From Candidatus Bathyarchaeota archaeon (GTDB lineage Archaea > Thermoproteota > Bathyarchaeia > Bathyarchaeales > Bathycorpusculaceae): a DNA stretch of 64,000 nt. Shown here in pieces: positions 10,167 through 20,416 of this stretch. The position numbers and the translations under genes were made by a program. Location: NCBI GenBank assembly GCA_963828195.1, contig CAWHDT010000008.1, forward strand, positions 96,001 to 160,000, given 5' to 3'. The stretch's first letter is position 1; each line of letters opens with the position of its first letter. The notes below the pieces were generated by a model that did no database searches, was not told the DNA's origin, and saw only the letters and a list, made by a program, of their open reading frames with translations.

Positions 10167-10449
10167 ATACACGGGACGCAAAGCAACCAATCTAAATACT
10201 TCCTAATAAACAATGATTCTCGTCTTGATCGTATTCAATCTTTGGTGTCATGTCGCCGCTTCAGACTCCCTAGCTATTAAACTTGCCTTGGCGCCTCTAG
10301 CCTAAACTTTCATCATTTTTACTTAAGCGCACTCTCGAAATTGCCGTTGATATCCCAAAGTGTAATATATTAAATCGGCACAAACTGGACAGTATCAGTG
10401 GAAACCTAAGCACCACTGAGTCTAAAATTAATATAACGGAGAAAACCCA

Positions 10450-11727
10450 ATGAAACGGAACTCAGTAAGCGCAATATGCATATCCATTATGCTTGTGTTA
10501 TCGACCATGATGTTTGGCATAGGAGTTAATTCAACACATGCCCAAACCAATGGATCCGCGCAATATTTTGCTGTGATTTACGCAGGCTCACTCACCAATT
10601 CAACGGGTCCTTCATATCTTAACATTGACGGACAAGAGATCAATATGGGAAGCGGATCTCCTGGCGCAATCTTTTGTTACATACCCGCGCTAAACGTTAC
10701 TGTCGTAGCCACAACGTACGCTGCTTCCGAGGCTTATTCTCCAACCGACACTTTTCCATACACGGTTGATAACGGCCTATTCGTTTTTACTAGGTATTTA
10801 ATGGATCCAACGAGTGGCGATGAAACCGCCTCTATCGTCCAAGTTCCCTTAAACAGCAATGGCGCGGTTGGGTCAGCTATTACCTCCAAAGCATTCAGTT
10901 TTTACGAACCAGACTCTTTTGCGATTGTCGGCAACAGTCTCTATTTCCAAGCTGGGATGTGGTATAATGAATTTGGCGGTAAATGGGAGGGCAATCAATT
11001 AGAGGCTGTTAATCTCACCTCCGGTGCCGAAACACAACTGTTATCGGCGTGTCCATCTAACTTCGGTACATTACTTTCAGCTGGAGGCAACCTCTTTACT
11101 TTTGAATTCGCAAATGCAAATGTCACCATCAATCAACTGGATTTAGACACAGGAAAAGTTGTTCAGGGTGTGGACCTAACTCAGCCGCTTGCTCCCAACA
11201 ATGAAACTTTTTCAGATTGGAGTCTCTCAGCAGATCAAAACTCGTTCTACGTTGCTGCACAGTACCGTCCCGATCAAAATAGTTCCCCAATTGTTTATTT
11301 GTGGACCATACCCTTGACGGAATTCGAGAATGGTAACATCCCGAACGGCCCTAATTATTGGTTCAACAATGGCCAGACAATCAATACGCCATCTGCCAAC
11401 GAGACAGGTGTCGGGTTGATGGGTATTGACGCTTGCGAAGGAAGCGTGCTTCTAAATATGGGCACTTACACAATTCTGTACAATTCCAACACGGCGAGTT
11501 ACACAACCATTCCTGGCGGAAAGGAAGAAGTGTCACTCCTATATGGCGTAACAGATCCTGTAGCAAATACTCCAACATCAACTCCAATTCCAACTCCAAG
11601 TGCGACGTCTACAATACCGGAGTTTCCATCATTAGCGGTCTTAACGCTACTTATGATGATAACCCTCGCCTCTGTCGCAATTATAATTAGAAAACAACAA
11701 AGAAAGGTAACAAAACATAAAACTTAA
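10450..11727 (+). CDS. Secreted surface protein with PEF-CTERM-like sorting signal
   Basis: Signal peptide, many NxS/T sequons, P/T linker, then TIPEFPS-TM-RKQQRK. Confidence 0.8.
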   Translation: MKRNSVSAICISIMLVLSTMMFGIGVNSTHAQTNGSAQYFAVIYAGSLTNSTGPSYLNIDGQEINMGSGSPGAIFCYIPALNVTVVATTYAASEAYSPTDTFPYTVDNGLFVFTRYLMDPTSGDETASIVQVPLNSNGAVGSAITSKAFSFYEPDSFAIVGNSLYFQAGMWYNEFGGKWEGNQLEAVNLTSGAETQLLSACPSNFGTLLSAGGNLFTFEFANANVTINQLDLDTGKVVQGVDLTQPLAPNNETFSDWSLSADQNSFYVAAQYRPDQNSSPIVYLWTIPLTEFENGNIPNGPNYWFNNGQTINTPSANETGVGLMGIDACEGSVLLNMGTYTILYNSNTASYTTIPGGKEEVSLLYGVTDPVANTPTSTPIPTPSATSTIPEFPSLAVLTLLMMITLASVAIIIRKQQRKVTKHKT

Positions 11728-11851
11728 TTTGATTTGCTGGGTAAGATAGCCGACTGCTTTGCTAACTGACTTTTTGGCGCTTCATCGCCATCTGTTAAAT
11801 GTCTATCAGAACCTTTTTATTGTTAAACTTAAAAACTAGTTACGAACACTT

Positions 11852-12850
11852 ATGTCCGAGATAATTAAGGTAGACAATCTTGTGGAAGTTTATTCCGACG
11901 GCACAAAAGCCGTTGACGACATCACCTTCAGCGTGAAAGAAGGAGAATTCTTCGGTTTTCTAGGTCCCAACGGTGCGGGAAAAAGCACCACGATCAAGAT
12001 TTTAACGACACTTCTTAGAAAAACATCGGGCACCGTCACCGTCGCAGGATACGACGTTGTGAAGCAAGCCGCTGATATCCGAAAGATCATCGGGGTTCAA
12101 AGCCAAGAAACAACTGTCGACGGCGACTTAACGGGCAGAGAAAACATAACTCTTCAAGGCCATTTTCATCAGATGGAAACAGAGGAAATCAAAAAACGAG
12201 TCAACGAACTTATCGGCCTAGTAGGTTTAGAAGCAGCCGCAGACAGGCGAGCCAGGAACTACTCCGGCGGCATGAAAAAAAGACTTGACTTAGCCACTGC
12301 ACTTGTCCACAGCCCCAAAGTCCTGTTTCTAGATGAGCCGACTACTGGTTTGGATCCTCAGTCGCGCTCAGCCATTTGGAGTTATCTGGAAAAACTAAAC
12401 AAGGAACAGGGAATAACCATCTTCTTAACAACTCAGTATCTGGAAGAAGCCGACAAGTTGTGCAAACGGCTTTCGATAATTGATGTTGGAAAAATAGTTG
12501 CAAGCGGCTCCCCCCTTGAGTTAAAACGGGAAATTGGTGCAGATTCTATCAGGATTGCGCTTGAAAACTGCCAAAAGGACAATGCTAAAGCAAAGGAATT
12601 GATCAAAAGTCTTACTGATGTCACTGAAATAATGGATTCTGAAGAATGTATTACGGTTTACGCCAAAAATGCTGGTTTACTGATAGCGGATATTGTGCGG
12701 GCCTTAGACAGCAGTGACATTCGGATTGCATCAGTAACGTTTTCTTCGCCGTCGCTTGATGATGTTTTCTTGAAGCATACCGGCAAAAGAATCCGCACGG
12801 AAGAATTGGTTAAAGCGCCGAGCGCCATGTGGGGCGGCGGACGGAGATGA
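11852..12850 (+). CDS. ABC exporter ATP-binding subunit (DrrA-like)
   Basis: GPNGAGKST, YSGGM, FLDEPTTGLDP, SPSLDDVFL. Confidence 0.93.
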   Translation: MSEIIKVDNLVEVYSDGTKAVDDITFSVKEGEFFGFLGPNGAGKSTTIKILTTLLRKTSGTVTVAGYDVVKQAADIRKIIGVQSQETTVDGDLTGRENITLQGHFHQMETEEIKKRVNELIGLVGLEAAADRRARNYSGGMKKRLDLATALVHSPKVLFLDEPTTGLDPQSRSAIWSYLEKLNKEQGITIFLTTQYLEEADKLCKRLSIIDVGKIVASGSPLELKREIGADSIRIALENCQKDNAKAKELIKSLTDVTEIMDSEECITVYAKNAGLLIADIVRALDSSDIRIASVTFSSPSLDDVFLKHTGKRIRTEELVKAPSAMWGGGRR

Positions 12851-12856
12851 GTAAAA

Positions 12857-13645
12857 ATGACTTTACTTTCTGATACCCGATACATATTCATAAGGTACCT
12901 AACGAAGCTTGTTCGAACCCCAATCCTGCTGTTCTTTTCGCTCTTTCAACCCATCTTGTTCCTCGTACTGTTCACACAGATTTTTACGCGTCTTGGTAGT
13001 TTTGGCATATTACCGAACGGAGTAAGCTATCTAGAGTTTGCTTCTGCTGGAATTGTTATGCAAAACGCGTTTGGAAGTGCATTACAGTCGGGAAACTCGA
13101 TAGTGGCTGATATCGACTCGGGCTTTTTGCAGAAAATGTTGGTGACACCATTGAGTCGCCCTGCGATTCTGCTAGGCAGGTTAAGCAGCGACGCCTTCAG
13201 AGTGGTTATCCAGACAGCTATAATTCTTGGGTTAGCATACGCTTTAGGTGCTGCAGAAAAAACTCCCTTCAGCGTAAACACGGGAGTTGTCGGAATTTTG
13301 CTAATCTTCTTCACCCTTGCATTCTTTGGGCTTGCATGGTCAGGAATTTCTTTAGCCTTAGGCATGAAGACGCGGAGTTCAGAGACAGTTTTCGCAATCG
13401 GCGGAGTCATTACTTTCCCATTGCTGTTCCTAAGTACAGCGCTGTTACCCCTCAGTTTTCTGCCTAAATGGGTGCAAGATGTATCGATGTTTAACCCTGT
13501 AAGCTACTGCGTTAACGCTACCCGAGCACTGATTGAAAACGGTTACCAATGGAGCACCATACTTCCCGCGTGGGGAGTCATAGGCTTAGTAGCCGTCATC
13601 ACCATGAGCGCTACACTGTACCAATTCAGAAAAGTCGTCAGCTAA
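12857..13645 (+). CDS. ABC-2 permease (DrrB-like)
   Basis: Six TMs; LFQPILFL, LVTPLSR, NPVSY. Confidence 0.9.
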   Translation: MTLLSDTRYIFIRYLTKLVRTPILLFFSLFQPILFLVLFTQIFTRLGSFGILPNGVSYLEFASAGIVMQNAFGSALQSGNSIVADIDSGFLQKMLVTPLSRPAILLGRLSSDAFRVVIQTAIILGLAYALGAAEKTPFSVNTGVVGILLIFFTLAFFGLAWSGISLALGMKTRSSETVFAIGGVITFPLLFLSTALLPLSFLPKWVQDVSMFNPVSYCVNATRALIENGYQWSTILPAWGVIGLVAVITMSATLYQFRKVVS

Positions 13646-13815
13646 AACTAAGCCGAATTCAACGTGTGTTGCTTGCAGCTTCGGTAAAGACATCGAAGCA
13701 TCTAATTTTTCTTTCTTTTCATGCCCAGCCTTTATTTTACAATTATAATTTTCAGGCCTCCTTCATTTTGTCATGTCTCGCTTTTTGAGGCTTAATTTTT
13801 GTTATTAATTTTACA

Positions 13816-13957
13816 TTTTGAAAGAACAACAACACCTAGAAATCAAATGTTGTTCTTCTGGGCAATATTTATTTTTAAAAGAAGAAGAAGCTGGTGAAAA
13901 CAATTTTTCTTCTTCTTCTTCCTGTTCCTTTTTGTAGCTGTTTTTTGGCGCAAATAG
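13816..13957 (-). repeat. Dispersed double-hairpin repeat, copy 2 (full, inverted relative to copy 1)
   Basis: TTTTGAAAGAACAACAACACCTAGAAATCAAATGTTGTTCTTCTGGGCAATATTTATT...AAAAGAAGAAGAAGC...TTTTTCTTCTTCTTCTTCC...GTTTTTTGGCGCAAATAG. Confidence 0.9.
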
Positions 13958-14067
13958 CAGGTAGGTCTATAGGTAGGTTCGGTACGGAACGTGTTTCGGA
14001 TTGCTTTTGTTCTTTCAAGAAATTTTAAGTATAACTTTTGTATAATTAAATAATATGGCGATTACAT

Positions 14068-14271
14068 ATGGTTAAGTGCATAACTAAAACAAGGAAAGTA
14101 GGCGGCTCGATTGTGGTTACCTTGCCAAAAGAAATTGTTGAAACCCAAAGCATAAAAGAAAACCAGTATGTGGAGATTACAGTCAAGAAATGCCGCATAG
14201 ATGGGTTCGGTATTTTCAAGGGCATGGGTTCATTTACAATTGAGGACGAGTTGAAAGGACAACTTGAATAG
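14068..14271 (+). CDS. vapB: AbrB/MazE-type antitoxin
   Basis: KTRKVGGSIVVTLPKEI swapped-hairpin motif; overlaps the PIN gene. Confidence 0.85.
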   Translation: MVKCITKTRKVGGSIVVTLPKEIVETQSIKENQYVEITVKKCRIDGFGIFKGMGSFTIEDELKGQLE

Positions 14272-14653
14272 ATACGTTATAGATGCCTGGGCGTGGATTG
14301 AGTACTTCAAAGCAAGCAAACATGGCGCAAAAGTAAAAGAAGTACTGGATGAAGATAACAGTGAAATCTACACTTGCGCCATTACGCTTGCGGAGGTTAC
14401 TAGCAAAGTTGCCAGAGAAAACCGCGATTATAAAGCCGCACATACGTTGCTCTCGAGTAATTCTCAAATTGTAAGTATCAGCGAGGAGCTTTCGTTTGAG
14501 GCGGGGATTATACATTTTGAGATGCGGAAAACTTTGAAGGACTTCGGCCTCGCTGATGCCTATGTGCTTGCTACAGCTAGAAAATTGGGATCAAAAGTTT
14601 TGACGGGCGATGCGCACTTCAAAAATGTAAAAGAAGCTATAGTTTTAAAATAA
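14264..14653 (+). CDS. vapC: VapC PIN-domain toxin
   Basis: YVIDAWAWIEY, TLAEV, GLADAYVLATA, LTGDAHF. Confidence 0.9.
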   Translation: MNRYVIDAWAWIEYFKASKHGAKVKEVLDEDNSEIYTCAITLAEVTSKVARENRDYKAAHTLLSSNSQIVSISEELSFEAGIIHFEMRKTLKDFGLADAYVLATARKLGSKVLTGDAHFKNVKEAIVLK

Positions 14654-14661
14654 TTGAATTG

Positions 14662-15390
14662 TCAGGTTAAGTCATAGCCTCTGGCTGTTACCATTTTGCC
14701 TTTTATAACCGTGGTTGATGAGTTGCCGACGATTATGGTTGTTACCATGTCGATTTCAGCAGCTAACAGGTTTTTGAGCGTTGTAACAGTGACTTCTTCT
14801 CCCGAACGCCCTGCTTGCTTAACAATGCCCACAGGAGTTTGAGGGCTCATGTGCTTAAGCATTATCTCGTAGGCTTTCGTCAGCGGTTCGATTCGCCCCT
14901 CACTTTTAGGGTTATACAGCACAATTGCGAAGTCTGCAGATGCAGCTGCTTCGAGTCTGCGCTCGATTTTTTCCCAAGGAGTCAACAAATCGCTAAGGCT
15001 AATCACTGCGAAATCGCTTACCAAGGGAGCGCCCAGTTTCGAAGCAGCAGCTGTGGCAGCGGTGACGCCTGGAACAATCTCAACAGGAACGTTTGCTTTT
15101 TCTAATTCCACAACTTCAAGAACTATGCCAGCCATGCCGTAGACGCCTGGGTCACCGCTGCTAACCATTACGACGCGGTAGTTCTCTAAGGCTTTTGAAA
15201 GGGCGATTTGAGCGCGTTCAACTTCTTTGCCCATAGTTCCAGAAAAAATTTCCGCATCAGGTTTGATGATGGATTGAATTAATTTTATGTATGTGCCGTA
15301 CCCGACTACGACGTCGGCGTTTTCGATTTCGCTTCTTGCTTTAGGGGTTAAATGCTCAAGGCTGCCTGGTCCGATGCCGACTACGCTTAT
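14662..15390 (-). CDS. cbiH: Cobalt-precorrin-3 C17-methyltransferase (start uncertain)
   Basis: VVGIGPG, VVGYGTY, SSGDPGVYGMA, PGVTA, DFAVISLSDLLTPW, LYNPKS, DMVTTIIVGNS. Confidence 0.93.
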   Translation of the reverse strand: MSVVGIGPGSLEHLTPKARSEIENADVVVGYGTYIKLIQSIIKPDAEIFSGTMGKEVERAQIALSKALENYRVVMVSSGDPGVYGMAGIVLEVVELEKANVPVEIVPGVTAATAAASKLGAPLVSDFAVISLSDLLTPWEKIERRLEAAASADFAIVLYNPKSEGRIEPLTKAYEIMLKHMSPQTPVGIVKQAGRSGEEVTVTTLKNLLAAEIDMVTTIIVGNSSTTVIKGKMVTARGYDLT

Positions 15391-16487
15391 TCGCCCTCGG
15401 CTATGGCTACAGTTACCCCGTTTAGCTTGGTCTTTTTCAGTATTAACTTCGAGTTTTTTCCCGCTACTATTAATGCTGCTCGTTCGCATACTCCTCCAAC
15501 ACCGATTTTTTCCTGAACCAATTTTGAATCAGGCGAAAGGTCACTGTGACTTAGAGAACGAAGTGCATCGACACTTAAAAATTCAAGCGGCTTCCCCAAC
15601 TGCTCCGCCGCTTTAAGCATGGCAGGCGAATCCCGTTTTATATCAACCGTTGCAAAGCGTTCAACGCTGATTAGGGATAGGTGGGTTTGCTGCAAAGCAG
15701 TGTCAACGGCTTCCATTATGCTTTCTGCGCTTGAATCTTTTCTTGCCCCTAAACCGACGACTAACCGTTTAGTTTTGAGTACGGTGAATGGCTTAACAAC
15801 CTTATCAATCCGTAAAGCACCGGGTGGCAGAGGCTCAGAGGTAACTAATATGCCTGCATCATAATTGTTAATTATTTCCAAGGCTTGATCGGCGTTTTTT
15901 GCTTTCTTAATTTGGTAGCAACCGACCTTTTCAAGAGGGATTTCGACGTCGCCAACTAGTACCATTATCAATCGTTCTTCGTTAACTATGGCGGAGTTAA
16001 CTGCAACAAGACTCTGGGGATTCTGTATGGTCAAATGCAGGGTTCTTGCAAGCTCGTCAACACTTTGTTTGCCGGTAGCGTCAGAAGCCGTCGTAATCAC
16101 TGCTGTGCCGCCAATGCCCTCAGCAATTAGGCGAGCTAACTCGTTTGCCCCACCATAATGCCCCGCCAAGAGGCTTATGACAAATTTTCCAGCAGCATCA
16201 ACCCCAATGACTGCTGGGTCTGTTAGTTTACTTTCAAGATATGGAGCCACGGCGCGTATTGTTATGCCGGTTGCCATAACCGCTACTAAAGCGTCCACTG
16301 AAGGGTAAGTATCCTTAACAAACTCATCCATCTTTTTCACCATGGGAACAACGCCGTTTTTACTGTACTTTTCAGGCGCATAAACCGTACTTGACAAGCC
16401 CGCATTATCTAATGCTTCTTTAATTTTCAACGCGGTTTCTACGCCGCGCCTCGTAATTGCAACAACTGCTATTCCCTTAGCGTACAT
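15387..16487 (-). CDS. cbiG: Cobalt-precorrin-5A hydrolase
   Basis: MATGITIR, KLTDPAVI, ISLLAGHYGGAN, VITTASD, GVCERAAL, GVTVAIA; ATG at 16487. Confidence 0.93.
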   Translation of the reverse strand: MYAKGIAVVAITRRGVETALKIKEALDNAGLSSTVYAPEKYSKNGVVPMVKKMDEFVKDTYPSVDALVAVMATGITIRAVAPYLESKLTDPAVIGVDAAGKFVISLLAGHYGGANELARLIAEGIGGTAVITTASDATGKQSVDELARTLHLTIQNPQSLVAVNSAIVNEERLIMVLVGDVEIPLEKVGCYQIKKAKNADQALEIINNYDAGILVTSEPLPPGALRIDKVVKPFTVLKTKRLVVGLGARKDSSAESIMEAVDTALQQTHLSLISVERFATVDIKRDSPAMLKAAEQLGKPLEFLSVDALRSLSHSDLSPDSKLVQEKIGVGGVCERAALIVAGKNSKLILKKTKLNGVTVAIAEGE

Positions 16488-16488
16488 T

Positions 16489-17253
16489 TCACTTTTCGCC
16501 TTTACGGAACCCCGTAGTGAACGCTGGGTCATAAAGCTTCGATAAATCATACGCTTGCGGGTTGAGGACCTTTCCCACAAAAATCAACGCCGTCTCAGTT
16601 ATACTCGCTGCTTTGACCTTCGCAACTATGTCGTCTAAGGTGCCCTTCACGATTTTCTGCTCAGGCCACGTTGCCTTGTACACCACTTGTGCTGGAGTGT
16701 CTTTTGGGTAGCCGCCTTTCATAAGCTCTTCCACAACACGAGCAATATGTGGCGTGCCAAGAAATATGACCATGGTTGCTTGGTGCGCTGCGAGTTTGCT
16801 GATGCTTTCAGCTTCAGGTACCGGTGTTCTGCCTTCAGGGCGCGTAATGATGACTGTTTGGGAAATGTTTGGCAGAGTCAATTCGCGGTTTAGGGCTCCT
16901 GCGGCTCCTTGCAGGCAACTTACGCCGGGAATGCGGAAGTACCCGATTTTTTCTTTGTCAAGTGCATCCATCTGTTCTTGAATAGCACCATAGAAGCTTG
17001 GGTCGCCGTCATGTACCCTCGCCACAAGCTTGCCTGCATTTGAGGCTTCAACCATGACTTTTAGAACTTCGGGCAAGCTCATTTTAGCGCTGTCATATAG
17101 CTGTGCACCTGGCTTAGCGTATTTGAGGTATTCAGGGTTAAGCAGCGACCCGGCGTATATGACAACGTCGGCTTGTTCAAGGTAACGTTTGCCTTTCAGC
17201 GTGATTAGCTCGGGGTCTCCGGGACCTGCGCCGATAAAAACCACCTTGTTCAT
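16489..17253 (-). CDS. cbiF: Cobalt-precorrin-4 C11-methyltransferase
   Basis: YAGSL, RVHDGDPSFYGAIQEQM, ELTLPNISQTVIITR, YKATWPEQ, SKLYD. Confidence 0.95.
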   Translation of the reverse strand: MNKVVFIGAGPGDPELITLKGKRYLEQADVVIYAGSLLNPEYLKYAKPGAQLYDSAKMSLPEVLKVMVEASNAGKLVARVHDGDPSFYGAIQEQMDALDKEKIGYFRIPGVSCLQGAAGALNRELTLPNISQTVIITRPEGRTPVPEAESISKLAAHQATMVIFLGTPHIARVVEELMKGGYPKDTPAQVVYKATWPEQKIVKGTLDDIVAKVKAASITETALIFVGKVLNPQAYDLSKLYDPAFTTGFRKGEK

Positions 17254-18020
17254 GCCTTGGCACCATTTCCGTTTTGTTTCCAGTGAATGGGAACTTGGCT
17301 TTTTTTAACGATTGCTACTGAGAAGTAATCTTCAGTTATATCCCAGCTATGCACATCGCTTAATTTGCCTACGAGAACTTTTTCTTCGGGCAATGTGCAA
17401 CGTTTGACTAGGGCGACAGTGGAGTTTGCAGTAAAGCCTGACCTCAAAAGAATCGGAATAAATTCTTTAATGTGATGTGCACATTTCATGAAAACCAAGT
17501 TATCCGCGTGTTTAGCGGTTTCCTCGATGCGGGCTGGGTCAAGGTCTGAAGGAATAATCGAAACCACTTCCTCTTTTTCCGCCAAAGGCAATTTAGAGCT
17601 TGCGCTGGCTGCAGTTACCGAGGTTACGCCCGGTATGATTTCGAGCTCAATTTCCGGGTAGGTTTCCTTGACGCATTCATAAAGATAAAGAAAAGTGCTG
17701 TATAACATTGGGTCGCCAAGTGTGATGAAGGCAACGTTGCCTTTTTTTGCCTTTGCCGCCACTATCGCCGCGTTTTCCACCCATAGTTTCCTGTTGTTTA
17801 ACTCGTTTTTGGTCATGGGGAAGATAAGTTCAAGAATCTCGGCGGGTTTCTCACGTTCCGCTAAGATTTGTTTAACCATGCCAAGAGCCATGCTGGGTTT
17901 ATTCGCGTGAGATTTTGGTACGCAGATAAAGTCCGCTGCTTTGAGGGCTTTCACTGCTTTTATCGTGATAAGTTCTGGGTCGCCTGGACCGACGCCGATA
18001 CCGATGAATGTTCCAGCCAA
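17250..18020 (-). CDS. cbiL: Cobalt-factor II C20-methyltransferase
   Basis: [36 protein letters not shown]. Confidence 0.93.
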   Translation of the reverse strand: MAGTFIGIGVGPGDPELITIKAVKALKAADFICVPKSHANKPSMALGMVKQILAEREKPAEILELIFPMTKNELNNRKLWVENAAIVAAKAKKGNVAFITLGDPMLYSTFLYLYECVKETYPEIELEIIPGVTSVTAASASSKLPLAEKEEVVSIIPSDLDPARIEETAKHADNLVFMKCAHHIKEFIPILLRSGFTANSTVALVKRCTLPEEKVLVGKLSDVHSWDITEDYFSVAIVKKSQVPIHWKQNGNGAKA

Positions 18021-18031
18021 TCAATTTTCAC

Positions 18032-18640
18032 CTAAGGTTTCGTCGCTGAGACAATTGTGATGGGATTTCTTGCCATCATCATGGTGCCGCTGTTTATTTG
18101 CTTTCCCTTCGCAACCGAAATATGCACGACATCGACATCTTTGAACCCCAGTTTTTTCAGCTCATCCACCGCTGTGGTCGCCGTCTCTAAAAGTATCGCG
18201 TTGACAACTACTCGGCCATTCGCCTTCAATTTGGCTTTGGCTACAAAAAGAACATCTCTTAAGAAACCGCTGCCGCCTATCAGGATAGCATCTGCCAGTG
18301 GAAGGCTAGCAAGTGCCTCAGGCGCCCTACCCAGCGAAATTGCGGCGTTTCCTTGAACGCCAAACTTTTCCACGTTACTCTTCGTTAACTCAATTGCTGC
18401 TGGGTCCTCGTCGATGGCGTAAACCTTGCCTTTTGGCGCGACTTGAAGGGCAGCCTCAACTGTTAAGCCTCCTGTGCCGCAGCCGACATCAACAACGATT
18501 GAGCCTTCGGATAAACGAGCTTTAGAAATGGTCAAAACCCTAATTTCCTCTTTGGTTGGTCCGGGAACCTTATCGTTTTGGTTAAACAGTTCGTCAGGTA
18601 TCCCCGGAGTTTTATAAGCCCAAGTTTTGGCCATTCCCAA
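18032..18640 (-). CDS. cbiT: Cobalt-precorrin-6B C15-methyltransferase (decarboxylating)
   Basis: [41 protein letters not shown]. Confidence 0.93.
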   Translation of the reverse strand: MGMAKTWAYKTPGIPDELFNQNDKVPGPTKEEIRVLTISKARLSEGSIVVDVGCGTGGLTVEAALQVAPKGKVYAIDEDPAAIELTKSNVEKFGVQGNAAISLGRAPEALASLPLADAILIGGSGFLRDVLFVAKAKLKANGRVVVNAILLETATTAVDELKKLGFKDVDVVHISVAKGKQINSGTMMMARNPITIVSATKP

Positions 18641-18653
18641 TCAACTTACCATT

Positions 18654-19319
18654 TTACTTCACGGTTGGATTGATAACCATTACGCATAAAGACCCAAAAC
18701 TCATTTTAGAAATTTGATCTAAACAGCTGGAGGTAATTTTCTCATCATCCAGCGTCAAATTCTCACATACAAAAACACGAGTTTCTTTGTCTAATCCATT
18801 TTTGAGAAGAAAGCTTGCAATTTCTCTGGGGGGAAACGCCCGTGAATCTGGAAGAAGAATCACATTTTTCCCATTTTTAACGCATGAGAGAAAATGGTTT
18901 CTGTCTTCAGCCGCCACGTTGCCTTCGTGAAAAGTAAACAAGCACGTGTTATCCCAGCTTACGCCAATCTTAGCTGCGCACGCTTGAATCGAGCTTACCC
19001 CAGGAACCACGTTAATTTCATCGGCCTTTACTAAGCCGCTATCTAAAACAGTGTGCAGCAACCCTGAGAAACCGGGGTCGCCCGTAGACAGCAAAGCCAC
19101 TTTTTTGCCTTTTTCGCCTGATTCAACAGCAAATTTGAGGGCGCTGTTCAGGTTTTTAGCGGTTAAAACCATCGTTTCCCCTCTAATGTCATCTTTAAAC
19201 AGGTTTAGGCTTCTTTGGGCACCGATAACAATGTCTGCTTGCTGCACTGTTTTTCTTGCTGCAGGAGTCACGTAATCAGGTGAACCTGGACCCGCGCCGA
19301 CTATGTTAAGTTTAGCCAA
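18654..19319 (-). CDS. cbiE: Cobalt-precorrin-7 C5-methyltransferase
   Basis: VGAGPGSPDYVT, LSTGDPGFSG, PGVSSIQ, VCENLT; TTG start at 19319 likely. Confidence 0.92.
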   Translation of the reverse strand: MAKLNIVGAGPGSPDYVTPAARKTVQQADIVIGAQRSLNLFKDDIRGETMVLTAKNLNSALKFAVESGEKGKKVALLSTGDPGFSGLLHTVLDSGLVKADEINVVPGVSSIQACAAKIGVSWDNTCLFTFHEGNVAAEDRNHFLSCVKNGKNVILLPDSRAFPPREIASFLLKNGLDKETRVFVCENLTLDDEKITSSCLDQISKMSFGSLCVMVINPTVK

Positions 19320-20401
19320 GGTTTGTTGCACCTAGCGTTGTCGTCCATCCCGAGGACCTTGCCATCCATAGAAACGATTACTATGCTTATCTTAATTTTA
19401 TTTTCCACTCTGTCGCTTACTCGCTGGCTAACCCGTTTTGCAATCCTGTCATAAGCGGGTTCCAAAAGATTTACTTGCCTCAAAATTTCAGAAGCCTCAT
19501 CCGAAGTGTTAGCCGCAAGTAAAGCGTTTATCGTTTTGGTGTCAGCTCCAACGGCTCCAGCGTAAGAAGCGATGACCTCGTTTCGCGCATCCCCCACTTT
19601 ATGATGAGTATTAAAAATGTTCGCTGCTAATTTCACCAGTTTCCCAGAGTGACCGAGAACAATGATTTCTTTAACATCTTTTTCGACGGCTTTATCAAGC
19701 ATATAACCAACGAAGTCGCCCGTTTGAACTATCGCATCCTCAGGCGCATTAAACTGCTGCTTAGCAATACGCTCCCCAATGTTTCCCGGAACAAGAAAAA
19801 TTCTCTTGTAGCCGCGCGCTAAAGCAACGTCAATTTGGGGAACCAGCGAGCGCCTACACGCCTCCAAAGACAGAGGTTTCACAACGCCAGTCGTGCCTAA
19901 AATGGATACGCCGCCAACGATGCCGAGCTTGGCGTTCATGGTTTTTTTGGCGATGTTTGCCCCTTCAGGCGCAGTAATCGTGACTTCAACGCCTCTCCCG
20001 AGGGGTAATACTTCTTTGACTGCTTCAGTTATCATGCTTCTCGGCACTGGGTTAATCGCTGACTCGCCGATTGGAACCTGCAATCCCGGCTTTGTAACTT
20101 TGCCGATGCCTTCACCGCTTTTGATGGTGACTTTGCCGTCGTCTGTTAGCTTTACCCTTGCAGTTATTTCCATTTTGTCGGTGACATCAATGTCTTCTCC
20201 GGCATCTTTCACAACAACAGCTTCACCCGTGTCTTCGCCAAGTTTTTGGCTGGATTTCACAGGCACCTCAAAACGCAAGCCAATGGGGGTTGGAATAACT
20301 ACTCGGTCAACAGGCTGCTCAAGCACGGCTACTACGGCGGCTTTTGCGGCTGCTGCGGCGGTTGCCCCTGTTGTTATGCCATACTTCAAAAACCTCGCCA
20401 T
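19301..20401 (-). CDS. cbiD: Cobalt-precorrin-5B C1-methyltransferase
   Basis: GITTGATAAAAAKAA, KDAGEDIDVT, AINPVPR, GGVSILGTTGVVKP, GDFVG, GKLVKLA, THH. Confidence 0.96.
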   Translation of the reverse strand: MARFLKYGITTGATAAAAAKAAVVAVLEQPVDRVVIPTPIGLRFEVPVKSSQKLGEDTGEAVVVKDAGEDIDVTDKMEITARVKLTDDGKVTIKSGEGIGKVTKPGLQVPIGESAINPVPRSMITEAVKEVLPLGRGVEVTITAPEGANIAKKTMNAKLGIVGGVSILGTTGVVKPLSLEACRRSLVPQIDVALARGYKRIFLVPGNIGERIAKQQFNAPEDAIVQTGDFVGYMLDKAVEKDVKEIIVLGHSGKLVKLAANIFNTHHKVGDARNEVIASYAGAVGADTKTINALLAANTSDEASEILRQVNLLEPAYDRIAKRVSQRVSDRVENKIKISIVIVSMDGKVLGMDDNARCNKPWLNLT

Positions 20402-20416
20402 AAAAAGTCGCCCCAG

